A DNA stretch of 35,481 nucleotides, from NCBI GenBank assembly GCA_036520635.1, contig DATDJH010000056.1, forward strand, positions 1-35,481. The letters are read 5' to 3'. The DNA is from Acidimicrobiia bacterium (lineage in GTDB: Bacteria > Actinomycetota > Acidimicrobiia > Spongiisociales > ZC4RG35). The notes beneath the pieces were generated by a model that was not told where the DNA came from, did no database searches, and worked only from the letters and a program-made list of their open reading frames with translations. Below are positions 16,468 through 23,975 of this stretch, piece by piece; position 1 is the first letter of the stretch; each line of letters begins with the position of its first letter. The position numbers and the translations under genes were made by a program.

Positions 16468-17381
16468 CCGACACCATCGTTGTCACCGAGTTGTCCAAGT
16501 GGTTCGGGCTCAAGGTCGCTGTCAGCGAGCTCACCATCGGGTTCAGACCCGGCGTGACCGGCCTCCTGGGCCCTAACGGAGCCGGCAAGACGACCCTGCT
16601 CCGGGTCATGACCGGGCTGCAACGACCCTCACAGGGAAGCATTCAGGTCCTCGGCCTTGATCCACGCGACCATCCGTCCATCTACAACCGGATCGCGCTG
16701 GTGCCCGAGGACGAGACCGTCTACGACCGCCTCACCGGTCGTCAGTTCGTGGAACTTGCGGCCCGCCTGGCCAAGGTCGACCGGGTCAAGGAGCGAGTGA
16801 GCGCGGCCATCGAGGATGTCGGCCTGACCGACGCCGCCGACCGCGCCCTCGGTGGGTTTTCCAAGGGGATGAAGCAACGGGCGAAAGTGGCGCAAGCACT
16901 CGTGTCGGACCCTGAGGTCTTATTGCTCGACGAGCCGCTCAACGGCGCCGACCCGGTGCAGAGGGCTCATCTCATCGATCTCTTCCGGAAACTCGGCGAC
17001 CAAGGCAAGACCGTGATCGTGTCATCGCATGTCCTTGCCGAGGTCGAGCGAATGACCGACCGGGTGGTGGCGATGGTTGACGGGCGCCTCGCCGCTGTTG
17101 GTGACGTTTCGACGATCCGGGCCGCGATGACCGACAAGCCCCGCCGGGTTTATGTGGAAGCCAGCGACCCCCGCCGTCTGGCGTCGTCGCTGATCGCCAG
17201 CCCCGGTGTGGTCGGGGTGAGCATCGACGGCGACACCGTTCATGTCGAGGCTTCCGACTCCGGAGACCTGGCCAGGCGGTTGCCGATCCTCGCCGCTGAG
17301 GGCGGAATCCGTCTTACTCGGGTGGAACCGGTTGACGAGTCCCTGGAATCAGTGTTCCGCTACCTGGTCGAGGGCCGTTGA
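16464..17381 (+). CDS. ABC transporter ATP-binding protein 2
   Basis: ATG at 16464 gives 'MTDTIVVTELSKWFG'; the track's 16431 start lies inside the upstream permease. Walker A is 'GPNGAGKTT', the signature is 'FSKGMKQR', and Walker B is 'VLLLDEPLNGAD'. Confidence 0.9.
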   Translation: MTDTIVVTELSKWFGLKVAVSELTIGFRPGVTGLLGPNGAGKTTLLRVMTGLQRPSQGSIQVLGLDPRDHPSIYNRIALVPEDETVYDRLTGRQFVELAARLAKVDRVKERVSAAIEDVGLTDAADRALGGFSKGMKQRAKVAQALVSDPEVLLLDEPLNGADPVQRAHLIDLFRKLGDQGKTVIVSSHVLAEVERMTDRVVAMVDGRLAAVGDVSTIRAAMTDKPRRVYVEASDPRRLASSLIASPGVVGVSIDGDTVHVEASDSGDLARRLPILAAEGGIRLTRVEPVDESLESVFRYLVEGR

Positions 17382-18109
17382 TGACTCTTGCCCTCCATCT
17401 CTACCGGCGGATGATGCGCCGGGGGCGGGTGATCGCCCTCGTTGCCCTAGCCTCGGTCTCGGGGCTGGTGTATTGGCTGGTCGGCTTCGATGCCCCGGCC
17501 AATGACCTAACCGGGCTCTACACCGACATCCTGGCCTCGGTGGGCTACACCTTCGTCGTCGCCGCGCTGATCCTCACCGCCGCCACCCTCCGCGAAGAGA
17601 AGGATGCCGGAACCCTTCCCTACATCTATCTGCGCCCGATCCCCCGTGCCTGGTTCGCCGGACAGGCCCTCATTGCCGGATCGGCGGCGGCGATTGTGAT
17701 CGGGATCTGCGGCTGGCTGGTGACCGTGGTCGCATCGATTGCGGTTGGCAACGGCATCGGTCCGACAATCCCCGCTCTCACCCTTTTCGTGGCGGCGGGC
17801 ATCGGGTACGCCGCTGTGTTCGTTCCGCTCGGCTACCTGGCGCCCCGCTCACTCCTGATCGGGCTCGGCTACATAATCGTTTGGGAGACCATCCTGGCCA
17901 ATGTCGTGACCGGGCTCGCCCAATTCTCGATCTGGCGCATCTCGCTCTCCATTTACGCTGGGATGGAGGACGAGTTCGGCCAGGTTGCGACCGACACTCT
18001 GGGCCCGGTCACCGAAGGTGTGGGTGGAGGCGTGGCCAAGATCGCCGTCGTGGTGGTGGTCGGACTCGTGGTCCTCACCTGGGCCCTTCGTCGACGCGAC
18101 GCCCTCTAG
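17378..18109 (+). CDS. ABC-2-type transporter permease 2
   Basis: 243 aa with about six hydrophobic segments. The start (TTG at 17378 or ATG at 17381) overlaps the ATPase-2 stop. Confidence 0.65.
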   Translation: MMTLALHLYRRMMRRGRVIALVALASVSGLVYWLVGFDAPANDLTGLYTDILASVGYTFVVAALILTAATLREEKDAGTLPYIYLRPIPRAWFAGQALIAGSAAAIVIGICGWLVTVVASIAVGNGIGPTIPALTLFVAAGIGYAAVFVPLGYLAPRSLLIGLGYIIVWETILANVVTGLAQFSIWRISLSIYAGMEDEFGQVATDTLGPVTEGVGGGVAKIAVVVVVGLVVLTWALRRRDAL

Positions 18110-19233
18110 GGCGCCACGAACGGATACTCAGTCTCTGTCCACATCAGAACCTCGCCTGGTTCGGGTCCCCACCAGAACCAGTCCTCGGGGCAGGCCAGCA
18201 CGTCCTTGGCAGCTACGAGGTCCTGAGACGGCGCCCAACTGGGCCGATAACTCCAGTAGGGACTCGCGTTCGACCCCTTGCAGGTATCGGGTGCCAACTG
18301 ATCCGTGGTCAAACTGAGCACTGAGCCCGCTTCCCCGGTGGCGAGAAGGACGTCACGGGCGTCGGACGGGATCCAGGAAGGGGCGATCCCGTCAGCAATA
18401 GCCTCCGGGGCAGTCGCAAACTCTCGGTTGACAGGAGCCTCACAGACCTGCGGCGAGGTGGTGAACACCTTGGGGAACTGGACTGTCGCCACTTTGGTCA
18501 GCCCGAGATAGCTGTAGGTCACCATCGCGGCGTCGTGCCCCTCGGAGGCACCTGGCGTATTGAACTCACAATTGGTCAGCATGGCCTGAATCGCAATCGT
18601 CCGTTCCTCTCCCGGCGCCAGGACCAATGGAGACTCGGTGAATGAGACTGGATCGTCCATGAATCCATACCCCGGTGGTGTGTCTCCTTCATAGAACTCA
18701 CCGGTTTGGACAAAGAGACCGGACCAACCTGTCAGCTCACGGCTTGAACGGTCCATGGCGGGGAAGACCCCGATGTCGGTGATCGTCACCGAGAGCCGGG
18801 CACGATTGCGCAACGATGAGCTCATCTCTCCCTCCTGATCCTGGTGATAGACGACTTCCGTCCACTCATCGAAAGGGTCTCCGCCCACAGTTACCTCGAA
18901 GCTCCCCGATGAGGAGAAGGAGCCCGGTTCGAGTGGAGTGGTCAAATTCGCCAACAGGAGCCAGCCGACGACGACCAAGACCGCCGCTACCCACCCCCAA
19001 CCCCAACCCCGCGGTCGGGATCGTCGTCCAGGTCGGACCCCAAGTTCCTCGGCGAGGTCAGCGGCGTAGCGACTCGGGGTTCCGAGCCGCGCTTCCAACG
19101 CCTCACGGTCTTCGGCTTCCGGATACTCGGCCAACTCCGCAGCCAATTCCCGTCGGAGCCGCGACCTCTTGGCCCGCGGCAATCGCTCCAAATGGGAGAC
19201 AACCTCTCGGGCGTATTGCTCGCTCGGGGTCAC
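18106..19233 (-). CDS. PadR-associated membrane sensor-like protein (DUF1700/HAAS-like N-terminal helical domain, one TM, ~270-aa Cys-containing ectodomain of unknown family)
   Basis: The N-terminus 'YAREVVSHLERLPRAKRSRLRRELAAELAEYPEAEDREALEARLGTPSRYAADLAEELG' is the pattern usually found just downstream of padR genes. The TM helix is 'WVAAVLVVVGWLLLANL'. The GTG start overlaps the padR stop (GTGA at 19230-19233). Confidence 0.65.
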   Translation of the reverse strand: MTPSEQYAREVVSHLERLPRAKRSRLRRELAAELAEYPEAEDREALEARLGTPSRYAADLAEELGVRPGRRSRPRGWGWGWVAAVLVVVGWLLLANLTTPLEPGSFSSSGSFEVTVGGDPFDEWTEVVYHQDQEGEMSSSLRNRARLSVTITDIGVFPAMDRSSRELTGWSGLFVQTGEFYEGDTPPGYGFMDDPVSFTESPLVLAPGEERTIAIQAMLTNCEFNTPGASEGHDAAMVTYSYLGLTKVATVQFPKVFTTSPQVCEAPVNREFATAPEAIADGIAPSWIPSDARDVLLATGEAGSVLSLTTDQLAPDTCKGSNASPYWSYRPSWAPSQDLVAAKDVLACPEDWFWWGPEPGEVLMWTETEYPFVAP

Positions 19234-19565
19234 ATTCCCCGCTCCAGGATCTCCAGGGCCGACTGCAGACCACTCCAGGCCTTGTGCAGGCCGGCTCGAT
19301 ACTCCTTACCCCGGGGCGTTATCCGGTAATAGCGGCGGGCGGGGCCCAATGGCGAGGGCCGTTCCTCGGTGGCCACACATCCCTGCTCTTCCAGTCGCTT
19401 CAGCGATCCGTAAACCGAGGCGTGACCGACATCGTCGAGCCCGGCCTTCTCGAACCAGGTCATGATCTCGTAGCCATACGACTCGCCGTGGTTGAGGACG
19501 GTGAGCACACCGAGGTCGACGAGACCCTTGACCATTTGTGAACGGGGCACTTCCAGTTTCCGCAT
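19230..19565 (-). CDS. PadR-family transcriptional regulator
   Basis: 111 aa. 'LVDLGVLTVLNHGESYGYEI' and 'SVYGSLKRLEEQGCV' form a winged HTH. 'RRYYRITPRGKE' is the PadR signature. Confidence 0.9.
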   Translation of the reverse strand: MRKLEVPRSQMVKGLVDLGVLTVLNHGESYGYEIMTWFEKAGLDDVGHASVYGSLKRLEEQGCVATEERPSPLGPARRYYRITPRGKEYRAGLHKAWSGLQSALEILERGM

Positions 19566-19598
19566 TACCGGTTACCAGAATAGTGACAGGAAACGCCT

Positions 19599-20600
19599 CT
19601 AGTAGTCCTCGTCGGGGCGGCGTTGTCGCGAAGGCTGGACCCGTGGTGGCTCGCCCGGCATCTTGGGGTAGTGGGGTGGCCAGGGGGCGTCCCCGATCCC
19701 GTTCTCCTCATCCCGGGCCATCCACTCCAGGAGAGTGTCGATCCGTCCGGCCGCCTCGTCGATCCCGTCACTGAGATCTCCAACCTTGGAGTAGCGGTCC
19801 CGGAAGGTGTCGAGCGGGAAGTCCTCGATTGCGACGTTCGCCAATTCATCCCAGGTGATCGGGGCCGATACGAAACCGGTCGGCCTCACCCCGTATGCAG
19901 AGGACACCGACTTGTCCCTCGCGTTCTGGTTGTAATCGATGAAGACCCCTTGTCGCTCCTCCTTCCACCATTTGGTGGTCACCTCGCCCGGCATCCGCCG
20001 CTCCAGCTCACGGGCGAAGGCCAAGACCGCCCGCCGGGTCTGGAAGAAATCCCACAATGGCTCGATCCGCACATAGACATGGATCCCCCGGCTCCCGGAA
20101 GTCTTGGGCCAGCCCACCAACCCGATCTCGTCGAGAAGGGTGCGTGCCGCCTGGGCAGCAGCTCTCACCTGTTCGAAGGTGACTCCGGGGCCGGGATCGA
20201 AGTCGAGGCGCAACTCATCGGGATGATCGGTGTCCTCGGCTCGCACCGGCCATGGGTGAAAGTCGAGGCATCCAAGCTGGGCCAGGCGCACCACATCCGC
20301 CTGAGTTCGGGGCACATTCATCCGACCGGGCCGTTGTGAAGGGAATCGGATCTGCACCGAGTCAAACGGTGAGTTGCTCGAGACCCGCTTGTGATAGATG
20401 GGGTCCTCGTCGACCGTCCCCATGTAGCGCTTGAGCATCGTCGGCCGGCCGGCGATGCCCCGGATCGCTCCCTCCGCCACGACCACGAAGTGCTCGACGA
20501 CATCGAGCTTGGACCATCCCCGGCGCGGGAAGATGATCCGGTCCGGGCTGGAGATCCGGACCTCTTCCCCACCGACAATCACAGTGGTGTGGTCGCTCAT
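19599..20600 (-). CDS. LigD-type primase-polymerase (archaeo-eukaryotic primase fold; stand-alone Prim-Pol)
   Basis: 333 aa. It contains 'ISSPDRIIFP', 'LDFHPW', 'PDELRLDFDP' (metal-binding DxD) and 'WPKTSGSRGIHVYVRI'. These are the conserved AEP motifs of LigD polymerase domains. Confidence 0.85.
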   Translation of the reverse strand: MSDHTTVIVGGEEVRISSPDRIIFPRRGWSKLDVVEHFVVVAEGAIRGIAGRPTMLKRYMGTVDEDPIYHKRVSSNSPFDSVQIRFPSQRPGRMNVPRTQADVVRLAQLGCLDFHPWPVRAEDTDHPDELRLDFDPGPGVTFEQVRAAAQAARTLLDEIGLVGWPKTSGSRGIHVYVRIEPLWDFFQTRRAVLAFARELERRMPGEVTTKWWKEERQGVFIDYNQNARDKSVSSAYGVRPTGFVSAPITWDELANVAIEDFPLDTFRDRYSKVGDLSDGIDEAAGRIDTLLEWMARDEENGIGDAPWPPHYPKMPGEPPRVQPSRQRRPDEDY

Positions 20601-20647
20601 TGGCTACCTAAGGTAAGCCGGACCGATCCCCGAGTGGAGGGAAAAGG

Positions 20648-21127
20648 ATGACCGAGCCAGTGAAGGACCCGACACCCGAGCAATCGGCGGCCTGGCATCG
20701 GACCTTTGCTCCCCAGGCCTTCAATCGCACCTGGGAGCTCCTCGACCTCGATGTGCGCACCCCGGAAGAGGACGAGGAAATGCTCGCGTCGACATTCACC
20801 CAGCGGTTTCATTGGTACCAAATCGGCGACCCTCGCAACCGGGCGATCGGCGACTGGCAGGTATCGAGGGTGGCCGCGGTTCTCGGTTACGCCGAGCTGT
20901 CACAGCGGTTCGGCGAGCGGTCCCTGGCAGTTTGCGAGGAAAACGACCTCGACGCCTTCGTCAGGGGATTCGCCCACGAGGCGATCGCTCGGGCCGCCGC
21001 CGAAGTCGACGATGTGGAAACGTTCACCGAGCATCTCGAGCTAGCCATGGCGCTGCTTCCCGATATCGAGGACACCGAGGACCGTGACATTCTGGCCGCG
21101 GATCTCGCCGAGATGTCAGAGGAGTAG
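20648..21127 (+). CDS. Conserved-looking helical hypothetical protein (159 aa)
   Basis: ATG is preceded by GGAGGGAAAAGG. The all-helical acidic protein contains 'FNRTWELLD...RTPEEDEEML..TF.QRFHW...G...N...G.WQVSRV'. I cannot name the family. Confidence 0.6.
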   Translation: MTEPVKDPTPEQSAAWHRTFAPQAFNRTWELLDLDVRTPEEDEEMLASTFTQRFHWYQIGDPRNRAIGDWQVSRVAAVLGYAELSQRFGERSLAVCEENDLDAFVRGFAHEAIARAAAEVDDVETFTEHLELAMALLPDIEDTEDRDILAADLAEMSEE

Positions 21128-21135
21128 CGGCGGAG

Positions 21136-22716
21136 TCACTTGTAGAACGGCAGCCGCCTGAAGACCATCACCAACCGCTCCACCAGCTTCCGGTAGGTCT
21201 CATAGGAGAGCCCCAGTGCCGGGGCGTAGGCCGGGATCAACCGCTGCACAGCCACGGTCTGCGGCTCGGTGAACTTGAGCAGGCCCTCCCACCCATGGCG
21301 GCGCCCAAGTCCTGATCGCTTGAAACCCCCCATCGGGGCGTCGTGCGAGCCCCAGGTCGCCACGTAGCCGTCATTCACGGCGACGCTCCCCGCCTCGAGG
21401 CGGACCGCGATGGCCTCAGCGCGCCGTGTGTCGCGCGACCAGACACTGAAACTGAGCCCGAGGTCGGAGTCGTTGGCCAGCTTCACCGCCTCATCCGCGG
21501 ACGAGACCGGGTAGATGGACACCACGGGCCCGAATGTCTCACCGCGGCACAGATTCATGGTCTCATCGACGTTGGTCACGATCGTCGGGGCATAGAACAG
21601 CGGGCCCACATCGGGTCGGCGCTGTCCCCCGGTGAGGAGATTCGCACCCTTGGCCACCGCGTCTTCGACATGCGCCTCGACCTCGGCCAAATGGTCCTGG
21701 GTGATCAGCGAGCCGACCCGAGGGCCGAACTCGAAGCCGGCCGAGATCTCAAGACGCTCCGCCTGCTCGACGAATCGCCGGGTGAACTCGTCTTCGATCC
21801 CCCGTTCCACATAGATCCTCTCGGTGTGGACGCACATCTGACCTGCATGGCCGAAGGTGCCCCTCGCCAGCTCGGGAATCGTCCGATCCAGATCGGCATC
21901 ATCGAGAACGATGGCGGCATTCTTCCCGCCCAATTCCATCGACGAGCCGATCAAGTTCCGCCCCGCCTGTTCGGCGATGAGGCTCCCCACCGCGCTCGAT
22001 CCGGTAAACATCACATAGTCGACCGCATCGATGAGCGCGGGGCCGCAGATCTCGCCGCGTCCCGTCACTACCTGGATCACGCCGTCGGGAGCACCGGCCT
22101 CGTCGAAGAGCCGGACCGCTGCAAGCAGGGAGAAAGGCGTTCTCTCGTCTGGCTTGATCACAACGGCATTTCCGGCCACCAGCGCCGCGATGGCATCGCC
22201 GATCGAGAGATTGAAGGGAAAGTTCCATGGGGAGATAAAGCCACAAACTCCCTTTGGGTGCCGGTACTCGTGAGTCTTGGTGAAGAGCGGCATCGCCCCC
22301 TGGCGGCGCTTTCTCCTTGTCAGCCGCGGCGCCGTGTTGGCGTAGTAGCGAGCCGTCCCGGCGACATCCACCACCTCCTCCCATGCCCCGGCCCTCGTCT
22401 TGCCCCCCTCGAGCTGGATGATGTCCACCACCGTGTCGACTTCCTTCATCAGACGGTCGTGGAAGGAGAGAAGGATGGCTGCTCGCCGCTTCACCCCCAT
22501 CGCGGCCCAGGCAGGCTGAGCCTCTCGTGCGATGGCCACTGCCGCATCGACATCAGCGGCGGTTGCCTGCGGGATCTGACCGATGACTTCGAGGGTGAAT
22601 GGGGAGTCGACGTCGATCAGCTCGTGATTCGCCACCGGCACATCGACCCGGGATTCCAGGTCCCGCAGCAGCGCCGCCCCGACCCGTGGCGTCAGTTGCT
22701 GGTCGCGAACCGCCAT
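21136..22716 (-). CDS. NAD(P)+-dependent aldehyde dehydrogenase (succinate-semialdehyde dehydrogenase-like, GabD2-size)
   Basis: 526 aa. It has 'FISPWNFP', 'ELGGKNA' (catalytic Glu), 'GQMCVHTERIYV' (catalytic Cys) and 'ETFGPV'. Confidence 0.85.
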   Translation of the reverse strand: MAVRDQQLTPRVGAALLRDLESRVDVPVANHELIDVDSPFTLEVIGQIPQATAADVDAAVAIAREAQPAWAAMGVKRRAAILLSFHDRLMKEVDTVVDIIQLEGGKTRAGAWEEVVDVAGTARYYANTAPRLTRRKRRQGAMPLFTKTHEYRHPKGVCGFISPWNFPFNLSIGDAIAALVAGNAVVIKPDERTPFSLLAAVRLFDEAGAPDGVIQVVTGRGEICGPALIDAVDYVMFTGSSAVGSLIAEQAGRNLIGSSMELGGKNAAIVLDDADLDRTIPELARGTFGHAGQMCVHTERIYVERGIEDEFTRRFVEQAERLEISAGFEFGPRVGSLITQDHLAEVEAHVEDAVAKGANLLTGGQRRPDVGPLFYAPTIVTNVDETMNLCRGETFGPVVSIYPVSSADEAVKLANDSDLGLSFSVWSRDTRRAEAIAVRLEAGSVAVNDGYVATWGSHDAPMGGFKRSGLGRRHGWEGLLKFTEPQTVAVQRLIPAYAPALGLSYETYRKLVERLVMVFRRLPFYK

Positions 22717-22737
22717 TTTCTAACGGTACCCGCTCTC

Positions 22738-22743
22738 CTTACA
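22738..22743 (+). promoter_or_regulatory. Candidate -10 hexamer (TACAAT) for a leaderless or near-leaderless AhpD-like transcript
   Basis: TACAAT lies in the 36-bp gap between the divergent aldehyde dehydrogenase and AhpD-like genes. Nine nucleotides separate it from GTG at 22753, and there is no SD sequence between them. Confidence 0.25.
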
Positions 22744-22752
22744 ATCGGCCGC

Positions 22753-23310
22753 GTGCCACATATCCAACTACCACCGGAATTGCCTGGAATCAGCAGCGCC
22801 TTTGCATTCAGCCCGGAGACCGCAAAACCCATGCGGGAACTGGCCGAGGTGCTGCTTCGAGGGCCGAACACGCTGAGCAGCGGGGAGCGCGAGATGATCG
22901 CCACCTTCGTCTCATCCCGAAATGACTGCGGTTTCTGCCAGGACAGTCATCGAGCGGCGGCGGCTCACCATCTCGACGGTGACTATGAGCTCGTGGATGC
23001 CGTCAAGAACGACTATCAGAGCGCACCAATTTCTCCGAAGCTCAAGGCGCTCCTAGCGATCGCGGGCAAGGTTGCGGAGAGCGGTCGAAATGTGACCAGC
23101 GCAGATGTCGATCAGGCGCGGGATGAAGGAGCCACGGACAAGGAGATCCACGACACCGTTCTGATCGCAGCCGCCTTCTCCATGTTCAACCGCTACGTGG
23201 ACGGCCTCGAGACTTGGACACCCGCCGACCCTGAGATGTATGACGTGATGGGGAAGCGAATGGCCCACGAAGGCTATGTCCGCTCGGACCGGGCGACTCA
23301 AGCCGGCTAG
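22753..23310 (+). CDS. Carboxymuconolactone decarboxylase/AhpD-like 'peroxidase-related' CxxC protein
   Basis: Only the 3' 558 nt of track ORF 21343-23310 is credible; the remainder is antisense to the aldehyde dehydrogenase. GTG at 22753 gives 'VPHIQLPPELPGISSAF'. 'SRNDCGFCQDSH' is the CxxC..H motif of the AhpD/CMD fold. Confidence 0.8.
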   Translation: MPHIQLPPELPGISSAFAFSPETAKPMRELAEVLLRGPNTLSSGEREMIATFVSSRNDCGFCQDSHRAAAAHHLDGDYELVDAVKNDYQSAPISPKLKALLAIAGKVAESGRNVTSADVDQARDEGATDKEIHDTVLIAAAFSMFNRYVDGLETWTPADPEMYDVMGKRMAHEGYVRSDRATQAG

Positions 23311-23942
23311 AGATTCAGCCTGGCCTCGAGGAACTCGATCGTTTGACGCCAGGCGGCATCGAACGCCTCGGGATCGAAGGTGTCGCCATCCGGCTCGCCG
23401 AAACCGTGTTTCGTGCCCGGGTGTTGGATCACCTCCACCTCCAACTCCTCCAGTCTCATGGTGGCCTCCATGAATGCGGCTTCGTCATCCGTGATGAACT
23501 CGTCATCGGCGGCGAGGTGAACCAGATAGGCGGCGGTGGCGCCGGCGAAGTCGATCTGCTGGCTCCCATAGAAGGAGACCACAGCCCCAACAACATCGAC
23601 GAGACGAGCCGAGGCCCACAATCCGAGCGACCCACCCATCCCAAAACCGACGACTCCGATCGGGCCCTCTGTCGACCTTTCATGGAGGAGCTTTGCGGAT
23701 GAAAGGACCAACGAGGCGAGCCGGTTGGGGTCGGCCTTGCCGAGATGATCCAAGCCTTCTTGCTCAGACTCCGGGAGCTCGCCGAAGTTGATGTCCGGGG
23801 CAAGGACAGTGAACCCGTGGTCGGCCAGATCATCTGCCAGTCCCTTCACCGATGATGTGAGACCCCAGAACGAGTGGAGCAGCAAGACTCCCGGACCGGG
23901 TCCCCCGTCCCCCTGGATGAAGTATGCGAGATCGCGAACCAC
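23307..23942 (-). CDS. Dienelactone hydrolase-like alpha/beta-fold protein lacking the nucleophile (GFGMGG instead of GFCFGG)
   Basis: GTG at 23942 is chosen because the longer track ORF (to 24104) would overlap the MFS gene start. 'GVLLLHSFWGL', 'VVGFGMGGS', 'HLAADDEF' and 'HPGTKHGF' align with the DLH paralog at 33604-34347. Confidence 0.7.
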   Translation of the reverse strand: MVRDLAYFIQGDGGPGPGVLLLHSFWGLTSSVKGLADDLADHGFTVLAPDINFGELPESEQEGLDHLGKADPNRLASLVLSSAKLLHERSTEGPIGVVGFGMGGSLGLWASARLVDVVGAVVSFYGSQQIDFAGATAAYLVHLAADDEFITDDEAAFMEATMRLEELEVEVIQHPGTKHGFGEPDGDTFDPEAFDAAWRQTIEFLEARLNL

Positions 23943-23975
23943 TGGGTGGAACCTACCGCTCCTACGCTTGTGGCC

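Noticed and set aside
19566-19598. PadR operator in the 33-bp gap between the primase-polymerase and padR
   Set aside because: I found no clear inverted repeat of the ATGT/ACAT type. The only weak direct similarity is GTCAC/GTAAC.
13668-20600. Interpreting ligase plus primase-polymerase as a canonical Ku-dependent NHEJ locus
   Set aside because: No Ku-like ORF is in the window, and both enzymes are stand-alone rather than a LigD fusion. The LigC/Prim-Pol excision-repair interpretation fits better. Ku could still be encoded elsewhere in the genome.
21343-22752. 5' 1.4 kb of the 655-aa plus-strand ORF 21343-23310
   Set aside because: This part is antisense to the aldehyde dehydrogenase, which has clear catalytic motifs. 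Only the last 558 nt, from GTG at 22753, encode a recognisable AhpD-like protein.
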